Positions 1 to 9,374 of a DNA stretch of 55,468 bases are shown here, in pieces; position 1 is the stretch's first letter, and each line of letters opens with the position of its first letter. Made by a program: the position numbers and the translations under genes. The notes beneath the pieces were generated by a model. That model was not told the DNA's origin. It did not search any database and worked only from the letters and a program-made list of their open reading frames with translations. The stretch is from positions 1 to 55,468 of the forward strand of contig DAHWUD010000004.1 in assembly GCA_027331445.1 (NCBI GenBank). Reading direction: 5' to 3'. This DNA is from Candidatus Amesbacteria bacterium. GTDB taxonomy: Bacteria; Patescibacteriota; Microgenomatia; CAZETR01; Amesbacteraceae.

Positions 1-68
1 GCGAACTAAATAACCTGATAAATAATAACACAAGGGAGCTTCAGCAGATTGGCTTTCAACTTAATCAG

Positions 69-749
69 TTAGGAATTATCCTTCAAGAATAAAAGTTCAA
101 GCATCCAAGACAATAAATTTATTCTTTCGTTGTATCCTTGTTTGTCGCTTTTTTCTAAATCACTACCCAGTAAATCAGCATGCATTAAAAGAGTTAGCTC
201 AATTGCAACATCACCAACAGTCTCGTTAAATATTCTAAAATATTTTTCTTTGTCTTGATTTGCAATCATTAAATCAAGAATTTCTGAAATAAAACCGTGA
301 TATCTGACTATTCGCTCCACATATGATTCTGACTTATTATCTAAACCGAATCTTTCTGCAAAGTTTTTAACTCTTCCTGCTGCAATTAGGTCATGACCTG
401 GACATCCAGCCGTACCATCTGGCTTTTTAACGAGTACATCAGTTTTGGCTATGTCATGAAGTAATGTTGCAACCTTAAGAATGTTTTGTCTCGTTTGGCT
501 TCCAATTAGCTCTGACAAATAATTACTTAATACATCTTTTTGGGCAACTTCTGTATCTTTATATTCTAATATCGTTTCCAGACCAGCATAGACACCAATA
601 ACGTGGTCTAAAACGTTTTGGTTGTTATGCCACAGGCCATTTTCAGTTACTGTGGCCAATTTGTAGTATTCGGAAAATGAATCTAAATATGCTTTATCCT
701 TGAGCGATTTTGATGTCAGTTGTGATATGTCTATCAATTTAGTTTTCAT
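69..749 (-). CDS. Stand-alone HD-domain protein resembling the HD phosphatase domain of CCA-adding enzymes
   Basis: Motifs H..NVLDH, ATLLHDIAK, GHDLIAA, VRYHG, HADLLGS. Confidence 0.75.
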   Translation of the reverse strand: MKTKLIDISQLTSKSLKDKAYLDSFSEYYKLATVTENGLWHNNQNVLDHVIGVYAGLETILEYKDTEVAQKDVLSNYLSELIGSQTRQNILKVATLLHDIAKTDVLVKKPDGTAGCPGHDLIAAGRVKNFAERFGLDNKSESYVERIVRYHGFISEILDLMIANQDKEKYFRIFNETVGDVAIELTLLMHADLLGSDLEKSDKQGYNERINLLSWMLELLFLKDNS

Positions 750-788
750 TACTTACCCCTCTTTATAGTATACCTATTTTTATTTTTG

Positions 789-859
789 AGCGGGTAAGGG
801 GAATCGGACCCCTGTATACAGTTTGGAAAACTGTCGCTCTGCCATTGAGCTATACCCGC
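789..859 (-). tRNA. tRNA-Gly (TCC)
   Basis: Reverse complement folds as a cloverleaf: acceptor GCGGGTA/TACCCGC, anticodon arm acagt-TTTCCAA-actgt. Confidence 0.93.
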
Positions 860-927
860 GAGCTTTGCGAGCGGGGATTAGGGCGCCAGCCCGCTTACCC
901 GCAAATCCTCATCTAAATTATATCAAG

Positions 928-999
928 TCGGGGAGGAGGGAATTGAACCCTCTACCTCTCGGTCCCAAACCGAGCGTTCTACCGATGAACTACACCCCG
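928..999 (-). tRNA. tRNA-Pro (TGG)
   Basis: Anticodon arm ctcgg-TTTGGGA-ccgag, GGTTCAATTCC T arm. Confidence 0.93.
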
Positions 1000-1085
1000 T
1001 CTATCCAATTATAGATGATCGCCCCCGGTTTGCCACCCAACCCCCGCTCATTCCTATTAACTTCACCCAAACATACTTTTAACTC

Positions 1086-1484
1086 TCACCGACCATTTTG
1101 GTTTTCCTTTACAATTGCTTCTCCGAACCTGGGACAATACGCATTTAATCCTTGAGTAAAATGGCATCCCCGGCATGCACTCGACCCCCCGCGGTCCACC
1201 AGCGGATTGAAAACCACATTATACTTCCCCCGGTCATGGTCCACACACTGCATTCTTTTAAGGGTATACCACACCACCATGTAAGATACATTGGCCCTGG
1301 CCCCCAGCTCTTTCGGCGAAAACTCCCCCTTAGTTTTAAAAACTTCATCCGCTATCGCATAAAACCCTAACTGACCTTCACGACCACCCATAGCCCCTTT
1401 TACCATAAACCCCCGCCTCCAGTCAACCCTAATTATCCTTGTGCCGATGGCGGGACTATTCTCGAACCTGCCCACCTGGTTCAA
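1086..1484 (-). CDS. Hypothetical protein (possible HTH plus C-terminal Cys cluster)
   Basis: 132-aa ORF; FSPKELGARANVSY..VWYTLKR is HTH-like; CRGC...C near the end; start uncertain. Confidence 0.4.
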   Translation of the reverse strand: MNQVGRFENSPAIGTRIIRVDWRRGFMVKGAMGGREGQLGFYAIADEVFKTKGEFSPKELGARANVSYMVVWYTLKRMQCVDHDRGKYNVVFNPLVDRGGSSACRGCHFTQGLNAYCPRFGEAIVKENQNGR

Positions 1485-1598
1485 AGATACAGTAGACGAA
1501 GCTAAATTGCTAAGATTTCAGCTTTCTCAGCTTAATTCGTTTTTAGCTTTAGTATATTAAAAAAGCTATCTCATCGACTCCGTCGGAGTTGTATTAAA

Positions 1599-2141
1599 TC
1601 AGGATCTGCGGTTTTTATCTCTCTGCTTTAACTTACATCCCAAATACCCTCCAACGGAGGTTTCCACCATAAGTAATGCCAGAGATGGAACGTTTTTAGG
1701 AATTGACCGAACGCTATCAAATAACTGCTGCGTACTTCTTGCCCTAGCCAGGCCAGCTGGATATCTTGGCCCATAAATTAGAGAAGTTGGCATCAGAATT
1801 ACAAACAAAAAGATCAACAATCTCAAAACAACTGATATGACAATCTCTGATACTCCTAGGCCCGCTCCGTAAAGATCCCCTTTTGTTCCAATTACAAAAC
1901 CAGTGACTCCTCCCGCAATCAATGAGGTTACAACTCCGATTAAACCTAAAAGTAAATAATAATTTGGGAACGGTTCCTGACTTATCCTAACCTTAAATTG
2001 TGTCACCGGCGTAATTCTCGCAAGTTCAGAAACAGCTCGAAAGGAAATGTACCTTGAAAGAATCCCTCCTGACAAGAGCACCATTAGACCAAGAAACATG
2101 CCAAATACTACTAACCGAAAATGGGGCCGCATCAACTTCAT
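1599..2141 (-). CDS. Hypothetical multi-pass membrane protein
   Basis: About four hydrophobic segments in 180 aa. Confidence 0.6.
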   Translation of the reverse strand: MKLMRPHFRLVVFGMFLGLMVLLSGGILSRYISFRAVSELARITPVTQFKVRISQEPFPNYYLLLGLIGVVTSLIAGGVTGFVIGTKGDLYGAGLGVSEIVISVVLRLLIFLFVILMPTSLIYGPRYPAGLARARSTQQLFDSVRSIPKNVPSLALLMVETSVGGYLGCKLKQRDKNRRS

Positions 2142-2188
2142 TATTTACTTCAGAAAATGTATTGTCAAAAAATTAGCGATTAGCGTAG

Positions 2189-3013
2189 CTACGAGTTAAG
2201 ATAACATTCAAGTTCTTTGTTGTTTACTGTATCATCGTAGCCCTGCTTTACCGTTGCCTTTAGCGCTTTTTGACTACTTTCTAGCATTGACGCCTTGGGT
2301 GTGGTCGCAGGAGTCATGAGAAACATTAATTCTTTATAATCAAAATTCCTTAACCGGTTAAGTTCTGAATCGTAGTTTCGCTTGAAAGTTTTACTCATAG
2401 TATTAACCCATTGGTTCATAGCTGCATCCACTACGGGAGATGAATGGGAGGTGTCAAAAGTAACTATTTTTTCAGCACCCAACTGAGTTGCCTTTTCTAC
2501 GTTTGCGGCAATATTAGCGGACAGTCTAGTATCACAGTAGCTCGACTCACCAATCTGAATTTTTCTGCCATAAACTAACGGCATCGCTTTAGATGCCCTC
2601 ATAGCTTCAAAGACATTCTTGCTTCGGTCTCTATTTGAAAAATATTCCAACATTCCAGTCGCAATATTTGTCATGGGAATTAAAAAATCGATACGGGATT
2701 CATAAACTTTATCAGTCTGTAGTTGATCCTGCTTTTTAAAAACATCATCTATGAGGTAGTCAATATCAATAACTTTCCAAAAACGCCAGTAAGAAATGAA
2801 TTTATGTGTCGCTAACAGATTTTCCCAGATATTTCGAATTGATTTATATTGGCCGGAAACATAGTAAGCCATTGTTCCTGCGCTTCCAGAGCCCCCTATA
2901 ACTACGTCAGGATTAGTTAGTTTGAACTTATCAACCAGTCCCAAGATGCATCCCGCAGTGTAGCTACAAGTCACACCACCCCCTGAGGCGACAACGGCTA
3001 GTTTTTCCGTCAT
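2189..3013 (-). CDS. Patatin-like phospholipase
   Basis: Gly-rich SGGG loop, GSGSAG nucleophile elbow, FEAMRASKAMP; start moved to ATG 3013 (MTEKLAV) because the longer ORF runs through tRNA-Leu. Confidence 0.85.
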   Translation of the reverse strand: MTEKLAVVASGGGVTCSYTAGCILGLVDKFKLTNPDVVIGGSGSAGTMAYYVSGQYKSIRNIWENLLATHKFISYWRFWKVIDIDYLIDDVFKKQDQLQTDKVYESRIDFLIPMTNIATGMLEYFSNRDRSKNVFEAMRASKAMPLVYGRKIQIGESSYCDTRLSANIAANVEKATQLGAEKIVTFDTSHSSPVVDAAMNQWVNTMSKTFKRNYDSELNRLRNFDYKELMFLMTPATTPKASMLESSQKALKATVKQGYDDTVNNKELECYLNS

Positions 3014-3087
3014 ACGGCCAATTTTACCAGTTTCGCACTTTTTTGTACTGAAACTACCTAAATTACCAATCGACACCATCCCCCTTG

Positions 3088-3170
3088 TGCCGAGGGCGGG
3101 ACTCGAACCCGCATGAACTTGCGCTCGAGGGCTCTTAAGGCCCTTGCGTATACCATTTCGCCACCTCGGC
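3088..3170 (-). tRNA. tRNA-Leu (TAA)
   Basis: agggc-CTTAAGA-gccct anticodon arm, long variable arm. Confidence 0.93.
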
Positions 3171-3181
3171 AGATTAAAAAG

Positions 3182-3265
3182 TGCCGGGAAGAGGACTTGA
3201 ACCTCCACGCCATTTCTGGCACACGTACCTCAAACGTGCCTGTATACCAATTTCAGCATCCCGGC
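3182..3265 (-). tRNA. tRNA-Leu (GAG)
   Basis: cacgt-TTGAGGT-acgtg anticodon arm, long variable arm. Confidence 0.93.
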
Positions 3266-3886
3266 TTACCTCTCCATTATATCTAATGCTTGCTCAATTT
3301 TGTATCTTTTCCGAGCTAAACATGAAACCTTACCATAATAAAGAACCTTATATAATTGACTTGATGCATGCTTCGCATACATTAAATGATATGCAGATCT
3401 TCCACTATACTTTATAGCCCCTTTAATTCCGTATAACTTCTCCACCATATTTTTAATCCAAACTAAATGATCCCTGCTTGCCGAGATAAAACCAATGTAT
3501 AGCATAAAACTCGACTTCACCTCTTATCCCAATATGAATAAGAAAACCCATCCCCGTCTGAGTGGCCTCTTAAAAAGTCAGCCAAATATCTCTCAGGAAC
3601 TTAAGATTGCACCAAGAGTTTTGGACTTGTGGGGATGAAGACCAATTTTTACTAAAAATCTATATAATTTGACATCTCCGAACTCAACCCGGAAATACGA
3701 TTCGGAAGCATTCTTCCTCCCACTAAACTTCAACCCTATTTTATTCTTGAGCCTTAAAATTCTTCTAAAGGTTTCCACTTGCTCAAGATTTTTTGATGTA
3801 AAGTCAATATGTCTCCCATCCTTTGACAAGCAACCATCAGTCGTGATTAAACCTAAGACATAACCCCTATTCTGCGACCAATATAT
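3266..3886 (-). pseudogene. Frameshifted double-motif LAGLIDADG homing endonuclease
   Basis: Motif 1 YVLGLITTDGC; motif 2 ADFLRGHSDGDG in another frame (3519-3600); third segment KSSFMLYIGFISAS; no in-frame canonical start. Confidence 0.8.
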
Positions 3887-3952
3887 GCATCATCAAGTAT
3901 ATAGCGGCTACCATAAACTTATCAGTATAACCATGCTAAAATAATCATATCC

Positions 3953-4035
3953 GGGCGGATGGTGAAATGGTATACACGCTAGCTTCAGGAGCTAGTGGTC
4001 GCAAGACCGTGGAGGTTCAACTCCTCTTCCGCCCA
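3953..4035 (+). tRNA. tRNA-Leu (CAG)
   Basis: ctagc-TTCAGGA-gctag anticodon arm, variable arm ggtc-gcaa-gacc. Confidence 0.93.
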
Positions 4036-4046
4036 CAAAAAAACGG

Positions 4047-4122
4047 GGTCGCTTAGCTCAGTTGGTAGAGCGCTTCATTTACACTGAAGATGTCGGGGGT
4101 TCAAGTCCCTCAGCGACCACCA
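4047..4122 (+). tRNA. tRNA-Val (TAC), encoded CCA
   Basis: cttca-TTTACAC-tgaag anticodon arm; acceptor GGTCGCT/AGCGACC-A-CCA. Confidence 0.95.
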
Positions 4123-4176
4123 GTCTGATAAAATATCCCTTGCCGAGAAAATTAGATCTCGGCACCGTTTCACTCT

Positions 4177-4218
4177 GCCGAGATAGCCAAGTTGGTCACG
4201 GCGGGCGCCTGAAGAGCG
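4177..4218 (+). repeat. attL: 5' half of tRNA-Phe (42-bp direct repeat with 14111-14152)
   Basis: gccgagatagccaag[t/g]tggtcacggcgg[g/a]cgcctgaagagcg, 40/42 identical; no proper T arm or acceptor 3' strand follows. Confidence 0.9.
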
Positions 4219-4305
4219 GAAAAACTCAGTTCGCTCCCTCTTAGGCAAAATTCAGCAGATTTTGGAAACTTATTAGCAAAAAATCCATCGGGTTAACGAC
4301 TGTCC

Positions 4306-5295
4306 ATGTCGTTATCTGATGTAACTTGGCCGGAGCTCCGGATATTCTTATTAAACGACCGGAAAATGTCGAACCGGGATTCTTCTGTCTACGCACTAAA
4401 AAGTAGGTTCAAAAAACTTTCCGAATACTTTAAGGAAACAGATTTTAACCGCATAACATTTACCAATTTTATAAGTTGGTTAAAAGACAAAAAGTACTCG
4501 GCGAGCTATATTAACAACTTTATAAAATTGGCCAAAAGTGTAGAACAATATTTACAGGTATTTAGGGGCAGAAGTAGAGAATTAGACGACTTTACATATT
4601 TCAGGGAAAACCGCCAATGGTTAGGAGAAACGCTAGGCCCGGAGGAGATTAAACAATTAGCTGAAGTTAATATCCCTTATGGAAAATTCAGTGAATACCT
4701 CAATAAAAGAAATGGTGTCCTGGTCATGCTTCTGGGGACCACTGGATGCCGTATTTCTGAAGCTTTAGACCTCACATTTCCAGATGTGAGAGGGGAACCC
4801 CCTTTTCTGGTCTTCAGAGATACCAAGAATGGTGACGACAGGGCCGTACCTATTACCAGAAGCCTGTACGAGGCGATTCTAGCCTTGCCCAGGCACGAGA
4901 GGTATACATTTGTATCCGCCCGGCATGGCCGTAGGTTAAACGTGCCTGAAATTAACTCCGACCTTAAAAAGCGCGCGTCTGCGTGTGGAATTAAAAAAAG
5001 GGTGTTCTGCCATCAATTCCGCCATAGCTACATATCAACCATGAGGGAGTGCGGCGTGGATGTCTTGGACATTGCCAAACTTGTTGGTCATCGAAATCTT
5101 GCTACCACTATGCGTTACAGTCACTCAAACATCGAATATTACGCAAATGTTATTCTGGCCCACCCACTCATTCATCAGGAAATGAGTTTACCTCAGAAGA
5201 TAAATAAAATAATTGATAAAGTCAGGAAAGAGGGAACTTTGATTTCCTCAAACCTTAACGGAAATGAACTATCCGTAACTATCCAGCTATCCTGA
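4306..5295 (+). CDS. Tyrosine integrase
   Basis: TGCRISEAL, TKNG, HQFRH, LVGH...TTMRY catalytic set; adjacent to attL. Confidence 0.93.
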   Translation: MSLSDVTWPELRIFLLNDRKMSNRDSSVYALKSRFKKLSEYFKETDFNRITFTNFISWLKDKKYSASYINNFIKLAKSVEQYLQVFRGRSRELDDFTYFRENRQWLGETLGPEEIKQLAEVNIPYGKFSEYLNKRNGVLVMLLGTTGCRISEALDLTFPDVRGEPPFLVFRDTKNGDDRAVPITRSLYEAILALPRHERYTFVSARHGRRLNVPEINSDLKKRASACGIKKRVFCHQFRHSYISTMRECGVDVLDIAKLVGHRNLATTMRYSHSNIEYYANVILAHPLIHQEMSLPQKINKIIDKVRKEGTLISSNLNGNELSVTIQLS

Positions 5296-6936
5296 TTACC
5301 TAAAAGCAATAGTCGAAGCGATGGTCTCTAACACAGGCACGTCAGTTCCTTGTCCCACTATGTCAATTAAATTTATGCCATTGCTGACCAAAATATCACT
5401 CACATTCGCCGGAGACGCTATTGCCACCTCCACCGCAATTTTATTACCCAATACTTTATCCTCAAATAATACCTGTTCCCCGCCGCCACCCGCTCCATAC
5501 CCAAAATGGTTTAGGTACCACAATTTCGCAGAGTCTCCTTTATCGTAGTCATCAGCCATAATTAAATCAGGACTGCTGTACGTATCGTTTCCCCTGTTAG
5601 TCTTCAGTTCTAATTGTATTTCCTTCGCACCTGACATAGTCGCATTAAAGATGTCGGCCGGATACTTAACACTGAAAAAACTATTATTAATACTTGCCCA
5701 GCCAAGGATCGGTAATAGTCTTGAATTAGTACCGGTATCTGGTACCAACGCCTCTCCAAAATTGAATGTGTTCAAAATTTGAGCAAATAACTGCTTCTTT
5801 TGCTGCAGGGCAACCTTGTCCCAAGCCGATAAAGTAATTTTATATAGTTTTTTATTCCTCAAGGCTAAAACTTCATCGTTATACACTCTGACATTACCCG
5901 CTACTGCTGAAAAGTCATAAGTTATTTCATATCCATTGAGGGTCGAGAATACGACTGCGTAAGCATTAGTATACCGATCCCGCACCGGTTCTGAATCTAA
6001 ATACTCATTCAGAGATTTCCAGTTTACATCCGGCTCAACACTTACGTTTAACCACACATCACCTTGACTTAAAAATTTGGGACCGTTACCGCCATTTCCA
6101 GCCGACGGTGCCAAATATATCCCTGCGTCAGATGTCCGTTGAAACTTAAAATAATCTTTAGAATAATTAAACGAAAACCCGTATTTATCATTTTTGTACA
6201 TTTCCAAGTTAGGTATCTCTGCCGCACCCCATATAAATTGAAAGGACGAAATTAGCTGGTTAAATAATTGTATCGAAGCAGCATTTGCATTGTCGCAATC
6301 AAATTCGATAAATTTAGCTGGGTTATTAGGTATCGGTATGAAAACCGATATCTGGTTATTTGCTGTAACCACGTAGTAATATTGTTTCAGGTTTGCACTT
6401 GATTTATTCTCAATACTTTTAATCGGTTGTGGAGGACAAACTCCCGCATTTGGATTACCTGTACAGTCTGTACCGGGCCCCTGTGCCCTTTGTATGGCCT
6501 CCTGCTGCGGCGTCAGCGTTGGATCTCGTGTCCAAACAATAATATTAAGATATGGAGAAGCACTACCTCCTTTTACGGAACCGCCGCCAACAACTTGGTC
6601 TGCAGATTCTTTATTAATCTGCCAGATTGGAGGGTAGTCAAACCGGTAGCCCCATTTTGAATCTGTATACGTTTTCCAATTTGCAGTCTGGTCAGAAGCG
6701 GGGATAAGAGTTGGAACGATAGGAGTCGGGGTTGTAGCTAATAAATTGGTGGGAAAGGATACACGCTTCTTTAAAAAAAGCCACCATCCACAAATTAATA
6801 TCAAAAAGAATCCTATCAGCAAAACCCACAACCATTTAGGATAATCTATTTTAGGTATGGTAATAACCATTTGTCGCGATGTTTGATCGGAAAGAGTTTC
6901 TGTAGGTGTGTCACCTATTTGCTGGTCAATTTTCAT
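5296..6936 (-). CDS. Single-TM surface protein with three PsbP/Mog1p-like repeats
   Basis: N-terminal TM, PT linker, repeats WKTYTDSKWGYRFDYP / MYKNDKYGFSFNYS / SINNSFFSVKYP, each ending in ..I.S(T)F.F-like segments. Confidence 0.7.
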   Translation of the reverse strand: MKIDQQIGDTPTETLSDQTSRQMVITIPKIDYPKWLWVLLIGFFLILICGWWLFLKKRVSFPTNLLATTPTPIVPTLIPASDQTANWKTYTDSKWGYRFDYPPIWQINKESADQVVGGGSVKGGSASPYLNIIVWTRDPTLTPQQEAIQRAQGPGTDCTGNPNAGVCPPQPIKSIENKSSANLKQYYYVVTANNQISVFIPIPNNPAKFIEFDCDNANAASIQLFNQLISSFQFIWGAAEIPNLEMYKNDKYGFSFNYSKDYFKFQRTSDAGIYLAPSAGNGGNGPKFLSQGDVWLNVSVEPDVNWKSLNEYLDSEPVRDRYTNAYAVVFSTLNGYEITYDFSAVAGNVRVYNDEVLALRNKKLYKITLSAWDKVALQQKKQLFAQILNTFNFGEALVPDTGTNSRLLPILGWASINNSFFSVKYPADIFNATMSGAKEIQLELKTNRGNDTYSSPDLIMADDYDKGDSAKLWYLNHFGYGAGGGGEQVLFEDKVLGNKIAVEVAIASPANVSDILVSNGINLIDIVGQGTDVPVLETIASTIAFR

Positions 6937-7844
6937 TGTTTTGAAATTTCACAGGCAACCTTAATTACCTCATTTGGGTGGTCAAATTTGACGGAATCAT
7001 TAATATGATGAAATGGGTCGCTGCTACTGATTACTATAATGCCGGCTTTGGTAACATAGGCATAATACCAGGGCCGTCCCGTACGGAAATCCGCAACTTG
7101 ATAATAGGGAAGATGTTGTAAAACAGTAAAGTTCTCGATCGGACAAAAAATCTCGTCAACTGGCTCACCAGGATCAGGTGAAACTATCCACTTATTATTA
7201 AATTTATCGTATTTAAGATTTTCAGAATAAGCTCCATTATTTAAACTTGAGGAAAAGTTTGCAGTGTCACTGGATACTGAAACCCAGTCCATGTCCGGAG
7301 ACAAGTCGTAATAATAATTAAAACTAAACCCAAATTGATCGTTACGGTATTGTTTTAATTCAAGTGTAGGATCAGGGCTGGATGCGGGAGGAGATATGAG
7401 ATTTTTGGGGGCTGGATTCGCATAGCCAGCAGCCCGCTCCTTAGCTAAACGGTCTTCAATGGCCTGTTTTTCAGGAGGTAATGAAGACAGACTATAAATC
7501 GGAGAAATAACGCTTAGCATCGAAGAAAAAATATTTAAAATTCCTAATAGTAAAATAACTATTAAGGTTATTGTTCCCAACTTAAACAACTTATTGCTTG
7601 GCGTTTTGCTAAAGGCCAGCTTCATTCCCAGAAATATTATCCCAGCCGAAACTATGGCTGCAACAACAACTAAATACGGGTAAATCCGGGTGAACAAGGG
7701 TAATTGTGCATTAAAATCCTGATATAAAGTATTCAGCTTAGGATAGACAAAAAATAACATAAGAATTTGTTGAATCAAACCGACCGAACCAAAAATCAAA
7801 TCTAACCACCCCACTACTTTATATTTCACAATTAAATAATACAC
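6933..7844 (-). CDS. Membrane protein: PilC/GspF-like TM bundle plus PsbP-like ectodomain
   Basis: LMLFFVYPKLNTLYQDFNAQLPLFTR and SVISPIYS match PilC in this window; LKQYRNDQFGFSFNY repeat start; real start may be GTG 7829. Confidence 0.7.
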   Translation of the reverse strand: MYYLIVKYKVVGWLDLIFGSVGLIQQILMLFFVYPKLNTLYQDFNAQLPLFTRIYPYLVVVAAIVSAGIIFLGMKLAFSKTPSNKLFKLGTITLIVILLLGILNIFSSMLSVISPIYSLSSLPPEKQAIEDRLAKERAAGYANPAPKNLISPPASSPDPTLELKQYRNDQFGFSFNYYYDLSPDMDWVSVSSDTANFSSSLNNGAYSENLKYDKFNNKWIVSPDPGEPVDEIFCPIENFTVLQHLPYYQVADFRTGRPWYYAYVTKAGIIVISSSDPFHHINDSVKFDHPNEVIKVACEISKQ

Positions 7845-7926
7845 CTCACTACTGACAATTTAGCAATGTTTGCGAAAAACATACCTTGACCAGCATAGTA
7901 ATAAGTTGTAATATGATGTTGAAACC

Positions 7927-8865
7927 ATGGCTAAGGTAAAGGATATAGTAACAGTCTCGGATCACAGCCAACCTCTACCGGGTTTTACACAGGCGAAAGC
8001 AAACGCACAGGCCATCTATGACAGTCTGGACGTATCAGAAAACACCCGACAGGACTATAAAACCCGCATTCAGTCGTTTTTGGAGTTTATAAAGGATCAG
8101 GAAGTTAACCATAATCTGTTCTTAGAGTACAAAAGATCTCTAGCCCAGCACTCTGACCTATCAGTTGCCACCAAAAACAAATATCTTGCGGCAGCCCGGA
8201 TATTCCTTAAAGAAGTTTGCCGCCGGGGAATGCTCCCAACGGATATCACCCAAAACATTAAGGGCTTTCGGCAAGATAAGAAGCACAAGCGGGACGGGCT
8301 GAACAATGACGAGATAATCACTTTGGTCGAAAAACTTAACTCACTTCCGCACACACCACGGACTGATCGTATAAAAGCGATAATCGTTCTGCTTACTCTA
8401 CAGGGACTTCGACAAGTGGAAATCATCCGTCTTAATATCAGCGACATCGACCTTGTGGGGAAACGGGCATTTATCCAAGGTAAAGGTCGGGATGACAAAG
8501 AACCAGTTGATCTGCATCCGGAAACGGTTCGGCTACTTAAAGAATATATGGGGTCAAATAATGTTAAAGACGGGGCTTTGTTTACTAGCCGCAGCAACAA
8601 CAGCCGGAACCTCCGGATAACTACCAGAAGCATTCGGAGTATTGCTAAGACGCTTCTAAACGATTTGGGGATAGATAAGACCGTACACGGCTTCAGGCAT
8701 TATTTCATAACCACCTTAGTAGACAAGTTTGGCGGGAATCTCCTAGACGTCGCCCAGTATTCCCGCCACCGCTCATTAGAGATGCTCCAGATATACTACG
8801 ATCGAGTGCGAAAACAGCATGATTTACCAAAGTATTACAAGGCGTTTGAAAAGGTAAGTTTTTGA
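7927..8865 (+). CDS. Second tyrosine recombinase
   Basis: QGLRQVEI, GKG, HGFRH, SRH...MLQIY; N-terminal SAM-like core-binding region (SENTRQDY). Confidence 0.92.
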   Translation: MAKVKDIVTVSDHSQPLPGFTQAKANAQAIYDSLDVSENTRQDYKTRIQSFLEFIKDQEVNHNLFLEYKRSLAQHSDLSVATKNKYLAAARIFLKEVCRRGMLPTDITQNIKGFRQDKKHKRDGLNNDEIITLVEKLNSLPHTPRTDRIKAIIVLLTLQGLRQVEIIRLNISDIDLVGKRAFIQGKGRDDKEPVDLHPETVRLLKEYMGSNNVKDGALFTSRSNNSRNLRITTRSIRSIAKTLLNDLGIDKTVHGFRHYFITTLVDKFGGNLLDVAQYSRHRSLEMLQIYYDRVRKQHDLPKYYKAFEKVSF

Positions 8866-8932
8866 TTACTTTTGGCCTTGTACTTCCGATAATCCTAATT
8901 ACAGGAAGTAGAAAATATTAATTTATAAAACA

Positions 8933-9364
8933 ATGAAAAAACTAATCACAACAACGAAAGCAAGTTTTTTAATTGTGGGTGTTGTGGTGGGTCTGGTATC
9001 AATGTATTTTTATCTACAACCTAAACTAAGCTATGAGCAAGCCCAAACCGTTTACTGGAAATACACGGCTAGTTTAAAACAAACAGTTGTTGATCAAAAA
9101 CAAGGGGAAATTCAAATATATAAAAATCAATTAGCTTCTACCGATGCCCAACTTGCCTCCGCAAGTGCACAAATAAAAACACTTTCAAACAGACCACCCG
9201 AGGTTATATATAAAACACAATACGTTCAACAGTCGACACAAGATAATACCTACGACCCAACAAACTGCTATCCCGACCAACTTGGAGGACAATATTGTCG
9301 TTCTCTAAGTGGAAAACAAACGCATTGTGTTTCTAATTTGATAGGTGGAATGATTTGTAATTAA
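8933..9364 (+). CDS. Membrane-anchored coiled-coil protein with Cys-rich tail
   Basis: N-terminal TM, Q/A heptads, twin C..(L/I)GG..C repeats. Confidence 0.6.
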   Translation: MKKLITTTKASFLIVGVVVGLVSMYFYLQPKLSYEQAQTVYWKYTASLKQTVVDQKQGEIQIYKNQLASTDAQLASASAQIKTLSNRPPEVIYKTQYVQQSTQDNTYDPTNCYPDQLGGQYCRSLSGKQTHCVSNLIGGMICN

Positions 9365-9374
9365 GCAAGTAAAC

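Noticed and set aside
3266-3952. LAGLIDADG as part of a tRNA group I intron
   Set aside because: Both flanking tRNAs are intact and divergent; no split tRNA exons are visible.
823-4244. ORFs 823-1014, 3181-3417, 4062-4244 and the patatin extension 3014-3208
   Set aside because: They overlap tRNA genes and are shadow frames.
4177-4250. Second functional tRNA-Phe
   Set aside because: Similarity stops inside the anticodon stem; no valid T stem or acceptor pairing follows.
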